From assembly GCF_000013905.1 (NCBI RefSeq), contig NC_007969.1, positions 2,010,001 through 2,042,000 on the forward strand: a DNA stretch of 32,000 nucleotides, written 5' to 3'. The position numbers and the translations under genes are program-made. The number at the start of each line of letters is the position of its first letter. The stretch's first letter is position 1. The notes under the pieces are model-generated. The model searched no databases. It saw only the letters and a program-made list of their open reading frames with translations, and was not told the DNA's origin. Positions 17,206 to 25,540 of the stretch are shown piece after piece. This DNA is from Psychrobacter cryohalolentis K5 (lineage in GTDB: Bacteria > Pseudomonadota > Gammaproteobacteria > Pseudomonadales > Moraxellaceae).

Positions 17206-19698
17206 GTGTCATCAGTGCAAAAATCTAATTCTAAGCAACCACAGTCCTCTAAGCCTGCTATCAATACGCTACCTTCCCAGCAGCGCGGTGTGGTGTTTAG
17301 TAGTATTTTATTAATTGTTGTCATCGCTGGCATGGTGCTATTAGCACTATACTTGGTCAAACTTGATCGCACCATTACTCACAAGTTTGAGGGTAAACGC
17401 TGGGATATTCCTGCCAAAGTATATTCGCAGCCATTAGAGCTGTATCAAGGGGCCAACGTCGATAAAGACACGATGAAGAAATGGCTTGAGCTACTTAATT
17501 ATCAAAGTGATAAAGCCTATGATCGCACGGGTACTTATCATAAATCGGGTAATACCTATTTTATTCATACACGTGGGTTTACTTATAGCGCTAATGATAT
17601 AGATCAAGAGCAAGTCATCAAAATGACTATTGCTGGTGATAAGATTGAGTCAGTACAAAGTACTGTGGCGGCGAAAACCGGCATTATCCGTCTTGAACCG
17701 GTGAATATCGGTGGTATTTACCCAGATAGTAACGAAGACCGTATGGTTGTCTCGTTAGATCAAGTACCCCAGCCGCTTATTGATGCGCTGATAGCGACAG
17801 AAGATCGTGGTTTTTATGAACATAAAGGGGTATCGATACGTGGTATCGCTCGTGCAGTTATCAATAACTTCTCTGGTGGATCACGTCAAGGTGGCTCGAC
17901 CATCACCCAGCAGCTGATCAAAAACTTTTATCTGAATTCAGACCGCACAATGAAGCGTAAAGCCAATGAAGCCTTGATGGCTGTGCTACTTGAGCTGCAT
18001 TATAGTAAAGATGAGATTTTGCAAGCATATCTCAACGAGATTTATCTTGGTCAAAATGGCAAACGCTCTATTAATGGTTTTGGGTTGGCATCACAATTTT
18101 ATTTTGATAAGCCTCTCAATGAGCTGCGCCTAGATCAGCAAGCATTGCTTGTCGGTATGGCAAAAGGACCGAGCGTTTATAATCCGCGCCGTCATCCAAA
18201 CGATTCAAAGGCGCGTCGCGATGTTGTGCTTAGCAATATGTTGGCCGTCGGCTCGCTCAGTCAAGAAGACTACGATAAAGCATTAAAAAACTCACTTGGG
18301 GTAGTTGATAAGCCTGTTGAAGGTAAAAGCCAATTCCCTGACTTTTTAGATATCGTCAAGCGTGAACTAAATAAAGTCTATTATTCCGATGATCTCAAAA
18401 ATGAAGGTCTGATTATCATCAGTACGATGGACCCTATTGCCCAGTTGGCAGCGGACAAAGCGGTTGAGAGAAAGCTTGGCGAGCTACGCCGTAGTGGTAG
18501 CAAAACCAAAGATTTACAAGGGGCACTGGTCAGTGCCAATCCTGAGACGGGTGAGCTGGTTTCTGTTGTCGGTAGCGGCAGCGAGTTTACTGGCTTTAAC
18601 CGTGCGGTCGATGCCAAACGCCAAGTAGGCTCATTATTAAAGCCGATTATTTATATGACTGCTCTCGAAAGTGGTCGCTATAATTTGGCAAGTTCGGTTG
18701 ATGACTCCCCTATTACGGTCAGTCTAAGCGACGGTACCGAATGGAATCCCAAAAACTATGACAATCGTGATCATGGCTACATACCCTTTACCACAGCGCT
18801 GTCGCAATCGTATAACCATAGTGCCGTACGCTTAGGGATGGAGTTTGGAGTCGACACCTTTGCCAAGCAATTAAAACGTATGGGCGTTAAAGAGAAAATA
18901 CCTCCTTATCCTGCGGCATTATTGGGCTCAGTCAATCTAAGCCCGATGGACATGCTTGGGGTCTATCAAGTTTTTGCAACGGGTGGTTTCCGTACGCCTA
19001 TTCATAGTATCCGTAGTGTGATTGATGATCGCGGTAGTATTTTGCAGCGCACAGGCTTAAATACTCAGCGCAGTATTCCGCCTGAGACCAACTTTTTGAT
19101 TAATTATGCGTTGCAAGATGTCGTCAAGAACGGTACAGCTAGACGCGTGCAATCGCTTGGTAGCAATCTAAATCTTGCGGGCAAAACAGGTACTACCAAT
19201 GATTACCGCGATGCGTGGTTTGCCGGTTATAGTGGCAACTATGTCAGCGTGGTTTGGGTTGGACGTGATGATAATAAACCGATTGGGCTTAGTGGCGGTA
19301 GCGGTGCTTTGCCAGTTTGGGTTGATTATATGAATCGTCTAAAACTGACACCTGTTGCGCTACCAGAGCCAGAAGGCATCGAATGGCTCTGGTTAGAGAA
19401 CAACTCAGGCAAGCTGTCTAATGAGCGCTGTGCCAGCGCACGCTACTTGCCTGTTATGTCAGCATATTTGCCCCAAGAAGCCAGCAGCTGTGCGATTGGC
19501 TTATACCAACAGGATCGTGCGCGCGAGCAAATGCAGTGGCAAAATCAGCAAGGCGATATCAATAAGCAACGTCGCCGTGAAGGATTAGACATACCAGATG
19601 GTGAAGTTATTGATAATAATAGCAATGATGCCGAGCAAGACGGTGATACACCCAATCGTGTAGATACTTGGTATGATCGTGCTGTTGAATGGTTTTAG
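17206..19698 (+). CDS. mrcB: penicillin-binding protein 1B (bifunctional glycosyltransferase/transpeptidase)
   Basis: GT51 motifs EDRGFYEHKGV and RQGGSTITQQL are present, with a single N-terminal TM followed by a UB2H-like segment (FEGKRWDIPAKVYSQPLELYQG). Transpeptidase motifs are SLLK (SxxK), SYN (SxN) and KTGTT. GTG 17206 is the first start after the in-frame stop at 17179-17181. There is no clear SD, so the start is uncertain. Confidence 0.93.
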   Translation: MSSVQKSNSKQPQSSKPAINTLPSQQRGVVFSSILLIVVIAGMVLLALYLVKLDRTITHKFEGKRWDIPAKVYSQPLELYQGANVDKDTMKKWLELLNYQSDKAYDRTGTYHKSGNTYFIHTRGFTYSANDIDQEQVIKMTIAGDKIESVQSTVAAKTGIIRLEPVNIGGIYPDSNEDRMVVSLDQVPQPLIDALIATEDRGFYEHKGVSIRGIARAVINNFSGGSRQGGSTITQQLIKNFYLNSDRTMKRKANEALMAVLLELHYSKDEILQAYLNEIYLGQNGKRSINGFGLASQFYFDKPLNELRLDQQALLVGMAKGPSVYNPRRHPNDSKARRDVVLSNMLAVGSLSQEDYDKALKNSLGVVDKPVEGKSQFPDFLDIVKRELNKVYYSDDLKNEGLIIISTMDPIAQLAADKAVERKLGELRRSGSKTKDLQGALVSANPETGELVSVVGSGSEFTGFNRAVDAKRQVGSLLKPIIYMTALESGRYNLASSVDDSPITVSLSDGTEWNPKNYDNRDHGYIPFTTALSQSYNHSAVRLGMEFGVDTFAKQLKRMGVKEKIPPYPAALLGSVNLSPMDMLGVYQVFATGGFRTPIHSIRSVIDDRGSILQRTGLNTQRSIPPETNFLINYALQDVVKNGTARRVQSLGSNLNLAGKTGTTNDYRDAWFAGYSGNYVSVVWVGRDDNKPIGLSGGSGALPVWVDYMNRLKLTPVALPEPEGIEWLWLENNSGKLSNERCASARYLPVMSAYLPQEASSCAIGLYQQDRAREQMQWQNQQGDINKQRRREGLDIPDGEVIDNNSNDAEQDGDTPNRVDTWYDRAVEWF

Positions 19699-19798
19699 TG
19701 AACTGCTTCTATTTCAGTCGTGATAGCTGAAAATTTGACTTTAAAAGGTTAGTAGCTGAACGATTTTAAGATTTTTAAAACTTAGAAAGGGTTTTAAT

Positions 19799-20671
19799 AT
19801 GGCGTTATCTATATTGCAAGCGTTGTTGACTCAGCAGACGATTGAAGCTCAGTCCAAAAAACAGCCAAAGCATTTGCATACAGCTCTTTTAATTAGCGCT
19901 TGTTTTGGCATGCTAAGCTTGAGTGCTTGTCAGACTGCACCAACTTCAATAAAAGCGCCTTCTGCTCAAACCTTCCCATCAACCAGTAGTCAAAAAACGA
20001 CGCAACCTGAACAATCCACAATAGTGACGCAAACCCCTCGCACTGATCATAGTGGTTATGAAAGTGTTGAGAGTACTGAAGCTGATAAGACTGACGATAA
20101 TTATCCTATCGAGCCTTATCATCCACCTGCATCAATAGAGTCGCCAACGGAATCGGTAACAGAAAAGCCACCTGTAATCTTGGGGTCTAATCAAAGCACG
20201 AGTCAAACTCCGTTCGTAACTCAGCCTGATACCGTGATCCTCACGCCTGCTCGTGAAGATGAATTGATATATGTGCCATCTATCCCGTCGCATAATGAGC
20301 TACTAGAGCGTGCGCGGCAGAACTCGCAGCGCAGTCAGAAAACCACCAACAATAATAGCAACTTGCCCGCCTTTCGTAACCTGATGCAAGTGGGCACTGA
20401 GCAATTAAAGGCAGGTAATCTCAATAGCGCTGAGAGCAGCTTCACCCGAGCTCAGCGCCTAGCACCCAAATCATCAGCGGTATATTTTTATCTTGCGCAA
20501 GTGGCACTCAAAAAAAACCAGCCGCGTAAGGCTGAAGCAATGGGACGGCGTGGGCTTAGTGTTTCTCAAGACAGCAGTCGCCGCCGTGCGCTATGGCAAA
20601 TTATTCTACAGTCTGGACAAGCACAAGGTAATGCACGGGTGATAAAAGAAGCCAAACAAGCATTACGCTAA
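19799..20671 (+). CDS. outer-membrane-type lipoprotein with long disordered linker and C-terminal TPR-like domain; LpoP-like candidate PBP1B activator
   Basis: Lipobox LSLSA|C has its Cys at codon 44 (TGT 19928-19930). About 150 aa of P/S/T/Q-rich low complexity follows, then a helical repeat region of about 90 aa (GTEQLKAGNLNSAESSFTRAQRLAPKSSAVYFYLAQVALKKNQPRKAEAM...). It lies 100 bp downstream of mrcB on the same strand. The n-region of the signal peptide is unusually long, so the true start may be downstream. Confidence 0.6.
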   Translation: MALSILQALLTQQTIEAQSKKQPKHLHTALLISACFGMLSLSACQTAPTSIKAPSAQTFPSTSSQKTTQPEQSTIVTQTPRTDHSGYESVESTEADKTDDNYPIEPYHPPASIESPTESVTEKPPVILGSNQSTSQTPFVTQPDTVILTPAREDELIYVPSIPSHNELLERARQNSQRSQKTTNNNSNLPAFRNLMQVGTEQLKAGNLNSAESSFTRAQRLAPKSSAVYFYLAQVALKKNQPRKAEAMGRRGLSVSQDSSRRRALWQIILQSGQAQGNARVIKEAKQALR

Positions 20672-20697
20672 CCGTATTATCTTTTTGATTAACCATG

Positions 20698-20752
20698 ACG
20701 ACTGACTATATAAGCGCTAAAATAGGCTTTTATAGTCGGTCGTTAATTTTTA
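20698..20752 (+). terminator. terminator-like hairpin after the mrcB/lipoprotein pair
   Basis: 13-bp stem ACGACTGACTATA (20698-20710) pairs with TATAGTCGGTCGT (20731-20743) with one G-U pair and a 20-nt loop. It is followed by the T-rich TAATTTTTATT. Confidence 0.55.
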
Positions 20753-20787
20753 TTATCTATTTTTTATTTTGAAACAAGGTTACTTTT

Positions 20788-21714
20788 ATGGCATGGCAAC
20801 AACTTCACTTACAATGTGAAAAAGACAACGTAGATCTTGCTGAAGCGCTATTACTAGAAGCAGGCGCGCTATCTATTGCACTTGATGATGCAGGCGACCA
20901 ACCTTTATTTGAGCCACTTCCTGGTGAATCACCACTATGGGACGAGGTAATTTTAACAGGGCTCTTCGATGCTACGATAGAGACTGGAACTCGTGATGTT
21001 ATCGAGCAACTCAGTCATGAGATTGCAGCCCAAGTACAGGCGAGCCGTAGTTGGGTAAGTGCTGTCGATGACAAAGATTGGGAGCGTGAATGGATGTCCA
21101 ATTACAAACCCATTGAGTGTGCCAATGACTTGTGGATTGTACCTAATTGGCTGACTCCGCCCAATCCTGAAGCGACAAACATCATAATGGATCCAGGCTT
21201 GGCATTTGGTACTGGCTACCATGCGACCACTCGCCTATGTCTTGATTGGCTAACTGAGCAGGACCTTACAGACAAAGTAGTGATTGATTATGGTTGCGGC
21301 TCAGGTATCTTGGGTATCGCCGCCTTATTGTTAGGCGCGCGTCATGTTTATGCCGTAGATATTGATCCTCAAGCGGTACTGGCAACCAATCAAAATGCGG
21401 CACGCAACTCGGTCGACAATCGTTTGCAAGCGTTTTTACCAGAGGATTTCACTGCCTTTTGGCAACAGCAAAATATAGCGCCTGTAGCAGTGATGGTTGC
21501 CAATATTTTAGCCAAGCCACTGATAGGTCTAGCGCCTTATTTTGTCACCTTGATGGCACCAAAAAGTCGCATCGTCCTTGCCGGTTTGATTGAATCACAA
21601 ACTGAGCAAGTGACCGAAGCGTATCAGCCTTATTTTGCGCTTGATCCTAAGCATGCTTTTACTGCACAAGAAGATCAACATTGGCAGCGATTGTCTGGTA
21701 CATTTACAGGCTAG
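20788..21714 (+). CDS. prmA: ribosomal protein L11 methyltransferase
   Basis: N-terminus W.QL.L.C......AEALL.E.GA.S typical of PrmA is present. It also has the motif DPGLAFGTGYHATTRLCL and the SAM motif VIDYGCGSGILGIAA. Confidence 0.95.
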   Translation: MAWQQLHLQCEKDNVDLAEALLLEAGALSIALDDAGDQPLFEPLPGESPLWDEVILTGLFDATIETGTRDVIEQLSHEIAAQVQASRSWVSAVDDKDWEREWMSNYKPIECANDLWIVPNWLTPPNPEATNIIMDPGLAFGTGYHATTRLCLDWLTEQDLTDKVVIDYGCGSGILGIAALLLGARHVYAVDIDPQAVLATNQNAARNSVDNRLQAFLPEDFTAFWQQQNIAPVAVMVANILAKPLIGLAPYFVTLMAPKSRIVLAGLIESQTEQVTEAYQPYFALDPKHAFTAQEDQHWQRLSGTFTG

Positions 21715-21893
21715 CAACATTAAATTACATCTGTTACGATAGAGTAGTAGTTAAATGTTGTGTATTTGGCGCTACTCTAGAGTTGCCTGTAGTTTATAAT
21801 TAATAATACTTCAACAATGACATTGAAGTAATTGGCAGCGGTTGGTGAGTGGCTATACGGTATTCCTACTGATACCTTTTTGGATTCAACTCT

Positions 21894-23156
21894 ATGACCA
21901 CACCTATTAAAACCCAGTGTCCTCATTGTCATACCATTTTTAATATAAAAAATACCCAGTTAAATCAAAAAACCGCGACAGTCTGTTGTGAACATTGCCA
22001 GCAAATGTTTTTGGTGAATAACAATCTTATCGTCACTGCTGATATAGACAGCAATCATAAGCTGACAGGTACAGAAGTTTCTAGCGAGCGTGATAAGAAA
22101 ATTAATGACAGAACCTCTCATAAGAAACATTCTATTTTAGCTGCTGCAAACTCAAATGATACAGATATCCTAATTCATGACGATATGATACATGATGACA
22201 TGATTCATGACGATATCGATATTGATATTGAGGCATCTGCTGACAAGAGTCTAGAATACGACTCACTAGATAGTATGGATGCGTGGCTTACACAAGCCAC
22301 TGATAACAATAACGCTACCCAAAGCGCTCTATCAGCAAGAAGTACTGCGAAAAAATTAGATAAACATTCAGATACATCTATTGATTTATTTGAAGAAACT
22401 TCTACCTCTACTAAGCATTCAAACCGTTCTCCTTCATCCGCAGAAGTGGCTTTAAGCTCAACGGCGGCTAACAGTATTCATGCCAATATTGATAATGATG
22501 CTGATGACTCGTGGCTCGAAAAACTGCTGAAAGAACAGCACCCACCCGAAGATACGCCAACCAATGATACTGATTTATCGCAATTACTCATTAGTATGGG
22601 CGTCGACTTTAAAGAGGAAGACCGTAGTAAAGCGGCATATGCCAAAAGATTACAAGCGCAAGCCAAATTCTCACCAACACCATCCCATCGTTCAGTAGCT
22701 TCATTACTATGGACAGTAGGCTGTTTGGTGCTAGTACTACTACTTTTTGCTCAGTACATTATGTTTAACTTAAATAACTTAGTTAAAAATCCTGCACATG
22801 CTCAGCGCTTACAGACGATATGTACGATTGCAGCTTGCAGCCTGCCCAGTGCTGACTTGACTGCATTAACTCTGAGTGATATCAGATACCGAGCCGGTCA
22901 AATAAACAGTGCAGCTGATTCTAGTGATATAAGTGCTACTCTAAATAACCAAAGCTCACAAGCACAGCTATATCCTAATATAAAAGTCAGTGTATATGGT
23001 GCCCATGCGCTGATTGGTGAGTTTATCGCTCCACCAGATAAGTACTTGGTTGGTAAACAAAGTCAATTAGCTTCTAATGGTCGTAAGCAGTTACTCTTTA
23101 CGGTACCTATTGCCAATGCTCAAATTAGTAAAATTGCTATTAATCCCATTTACTGA
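21894..23156 (+). CDS. zinc-ribbon (MJ0042-type) / DUF3426 domain membrane protein, unknown function
   Basis: N-terminal CPHC...(17 aa)...CEHC zinc ribbon, then about 215 aa of acidic/Ser-Thr-rich linker. One TM follows (LLWTVGCLVLVLLLFAQYIMF), then a C-terminal domain of about 130 aa matching my recollection of DUF3426. It lies between prmA and fis. Confidence 0.7.
   Translation: MTTPIKTQCPHCHTIFNIKNTQLNQKTATVCCEHCQQMFLVNNNLIVTADIDSNHKLTGTEVSSERDKKINDRTSHKKHSILAAANSNDTDILIHDDMIHDDMIHDDIDIDIEASADKSLEYDSLDSMDAWLTQATDNNNATQSALSARSTAKKLDKHSDTSIDLFEETSTSTKHSNRSPSSAEVALSSTAANSIHANIDNDADDSWLEKLLKEQHPPEDTPTNDTDLSQLLISMGVDFKEEDRSKAAYAKRLQAQAKFSPTPSHRSVASLLWTVGCLVLVLLLFAQYIMFNLNNLVKNPAHAQRLQTICTIAACSLPSADLTALTLSDIRYRAGQINSAADSSDISATLNNQSSQAQLYPNIKVSVYGAHALIGEFIAPPDKYLVGKQSQLASNGRKQLLFTVPIANAQISKIAINPIY
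22176..22232 (+). repeat. imperfect 15-bp in-frame tandem repeat (HDDMI x2, HDDID, IDIE) inside the zinc-ribbon/DUF3426 gene
   Basis: Read directly: CATGACGATATGATA / CATGATGACATGATT / CATGACGATATCGAT / ATTGATATTGAG. Confidence 0.8.
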
Positions 23157-23215
23157 TGTTCGCTGACTGATATTAGCTCATTACCTCATCTTCTTAAGAT
23201 GATCGCTGCTGATTT

Positions 23216-23224
23216 TGATATAAT
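23216..23224 (+). promoter_or_regulatory. candidate extended -10 promoter element (TGaTATAAT) for fis
   Basis: TGATATAAT is at 23216-23224, about 50 nt upstream of the fis ATG. The -35 is poor. Confidence 0.4.
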
Positions 23225-23275
23225 AGCCAACGAGAGCCTCATGGTTTTACTCTTTAACCCCAAGGACATTATCTT

Positions 23276-23632
23276 ATGACACCACAGGCACAGTACAATG
23301 CCAGTCATGTTAACAAAAGCGCTGGTAATCTTGATTATTATGAAGAGGACTACCATCGCTCAATCCGTAATGTGGAATCTGCTTTAGATGACACAGGTCA
23401 TGCGCATGAGCCATTACGGATACATGTTGAACGCGTGGTGCGTCAATATTTTGCAATGTTAGGTGATGAGATACCAACTGACTTATATGAGCTTATTTTA
23501 AAAGAGATAGAGCAACCTTTGCTGTCTGTGGTACTAGAAAAAAGCCGTGGTAATCAAACCAAGTGTGCACAGATTTTAGGTCTAAATCGCGGTACACTAC
23601 GCAAAAAGCTCAAAATATATGGTTTAATGTAA
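23276..23632 (+). CDS. fis: DNA-binding protein Fis (N-terminally extended)
   Basis: The C-terminal two thirds align with E. coli Fis: [50 protein letters not shown] vs [50 protein letters not shown]. It is 118 aa against 98 aa in E. coli. Confidence 0.93.
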   Translation: [118 protein letters not shown]

Positions 23633-23792
23633 TACTATAAATAATGTTTTTGATACATCTGACTTATTAATAAGTACCATCAATCCTATTTATGAAACGC
23701 TTACCTACCCTAACTGATATTATGTATGGCAGTTTGTAGTTTATGATCTTATCACTCACGATATGTTCTATACTGATTGTCATTGTTACCTT

Positions 23793-23819
23793 GCCAGACG
23801 TTTACGTCAGGCTTTTTTT
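23793..23819 (+). terminator. terminator/attenuator-like hairpin plus T7 run ending 14 nt upstream of the purH start codon
   Basis: GCCAGACG (23793-23800) pairs with CGTCAGGC (23805-23812), giving 7 of 8 pairs and loop TTTA. It is followed by TTTTTTT (23813-23819). The purH ATG is at 23834. Confidence 0.55.
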
Positions 23820-23833
23820 ATGGAAATTTTTTT

Positions 23834-25414
23834 ATGAGTAAAGCCCCACTAGCACTACTGTCGGTCTCCAATAAATCCAATATCGTTGAGTTCGCTCAAG
23901 GTCTGATTAAAGCAGGTTTTGGTCTGTTATCGACTGGCGGTACTTTCCGTTTGCTAACAGAGCATAATGTCGCTGTCACCGAAGTATCAGACTATACGGG
24001 TTTCCCTGAGATGATGGATGGTCGGGTTAAAACGCTTCATCCCAAGATTCACGGTGGCATTTTGGGACGCCGCGGCACAGATGATGCGGTGATGAGTGAG
24101 CACGCGATTGAGCGTATTGATTTGGTAGTCGTAAACCTTTATCCATTTGCAGAAACGATTGCCCGTAGTGACGTTACCATGAATGATGCCATCGAAAATA
24201 TCGATATTGGCGGACCTACGATGGTGCGTTCAGCGGCAAAGAATCATGCACACGTTGGTATTGTGACTGATCCAGCTGATTATACGCGTGTACTTGAAGC
24301 ATTAGGAGATGGGACGACATTAACCCATGCCTTACGCTACGATTTAGCGGTCAAAGCGTTTGAGCATACGGCACAATACGACGGGATGATTGCCAACTTC
24401 TTAGGCAGCCGTGTTAACGAGAATCAAGAGCCGGAAGATTTTTCACGTACCTTTAACGTTCAGCTAGAAAAAGTGCAAGACCTGCGCTACGGTGAAAACC
24501 CGCATCAAAAAGCAGCGTTCTATGTTGAAAACAACGCTTTAAAAAGCAAGCAAGCATCTATTGCTACTGCTAAGCAATTGCAAGGCAAAGCATTGTCTTA
24601 TAACAATATCGCCGATACTGATGCCGCGCTTGAATGTGTGAAAGCTTTTAGTACGCCTGCCTGTGTGATTGTCAAGCATGCCAACCCTTGCGGCGTTGCT
24701 GTCGACACTGATCAAGTAGCAGCATATCGCACTGCCTTTAGCACCGATCCTGAATCTTCTTTTGGCGGCATTATCGCTTTTAACCGCCCGTTAACACTTG
24801 CCGCTGCTAAAGCCATTATCGACAATCAGTTTGTTGAAGTCATTATTGCCCCAAGCATTGAAGACGGTGTCCTTGAAGCGACAGCTAGCAAGAAAAACGT
24901 TCGCGTTTTGGTCTGCGGCGACTTGCCAGCACCTGAGTTACGTGACCGCCAGCTTGATTATAAGCGCGTCAATGGGGGCTTACTGGTGCAAGAGCAAGAT
25001 TTAGGGTTAATTACTGCCAATGATTTAAAAATCGTCACAGACGTACAACCAACTGAAGCACAAATTGCTGATTTACTGTTTAGCTGGAACGTTGCAAAAT
25101 ACGTTAAATCTAACGCCATCGTTTATGCTAAAGGTCAGCGTACCATTGGTGTCGGCGCAGGTCAGATGAGCCGTGTTAACTCAGCCCGTATCGCTGCTAT
25201 TAAAGCGGAGCACGCCGGACTTGCAACCGAAGGCGCGGTTATGGCATCTGATGCTTTCTTCCCATTCCGTGATGGTATCGATAATGCTGCCGAAGTAGGT
25301 ATCGCAGCGATCATCCAACCAGGTGGCTCTATGCGTGATGATGAAACCATTGCTGCGGCAAATGAGCACGGTATCGCCATGGTATTCACGGGTATGCGTC
25401 ATTTCCGTCATTAA
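23834..25414 (+). CDS. purH: bifunctional AICAR transformylase / IMP cyclohydrolase
   Basis: [24 protein letters not shown]...GGTFRLL...[19 protein letters not shown] is a canonical PurH N-terminus (MGS-like domain). The C-terminus FTGMRHFRH is typical. I prefer ATG 23834 over the upstream TTG at 23777 in the ORF track, which would translate the hairpin. Confidence 0.96.
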   Translation: MSKAPLALLSVSNKSNIVEFAQGLIKAGFGLLSTGGTFRLLTEHNVAVTEVSDYTGFPEMMDGRVKTLHPKIHGGILGRRGTDDAVMSEHAIERIDLVVVNLYPFAETIARSDVTMNDAIENIDIGGPTMVRSAAKNHAHVGIVTDPADYTRVLEALGDGTTLTHALRYDLAVKAFEHTAQYDGMIANFLGSRVNENQEPEDFSRTFNVQLEKVQDLRYGENPHQKAAFYVENNALKSKQASIATAKQLQGKALSYNNIADTDAALECVKAFSTPACVIVKHANPCGVAVDTDQVAAYRTAFSTDPESSFGGIIAFNRPLTLAAAKAIIDNQFVEVIIAPSIEDGVLEATASKKNVRVLVCGDLPAPELRDRQLDYKRVNGGLLVQEQDLGLITANDLKIVTDVQPTEAQIADLLFSWNVAKYVKSNAIVYAKGQRTIGVGAGQMSRVNSARIAAIKAEHAGLATEGAVMASDAFFPFRDGIDNAAEVGIAAIIQPGGSMRDDETIAAANEHGIAMVFTGMRHFRH

Positions 25415-25458
25415 TTCATTATCAATTATTATCAGTATTAAAAATGCTTACCCTTGAA

Positions 25459-25494
25459 TAAAAAAAGCCACTGTATGATTACAGTGGCTTTTTT
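25459..25494. terminator. bidirectional rho-independent terminator (purH / ppiD)
   Basis: Stem GCCACTGT (25467-25474) pairs with ACAGTGGC (25481-25488) around a 6-nt loop. An A-run lies 5' and a T-run (25489-25494) lies 3'. It sits between convergent genes. Confidence 0.85.
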
Positions 25495-25540
25495 AATGGT
25501 TAAAAATAGCTTTATTTAAAATGGATAGCGCACAAAGTAC

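Noticed and set aside
23633-23833. ZTP (pfl) or purine riboswitch upstream of purH
   Set aside because: There is no CCGCCTGGGC-type pseudoknot core of the ZTP motif. There is also no purine-riboswitch junction sequence (TATAAT..GGATATGG..CTACC). Only a simple hairpin plus T-run is seen.
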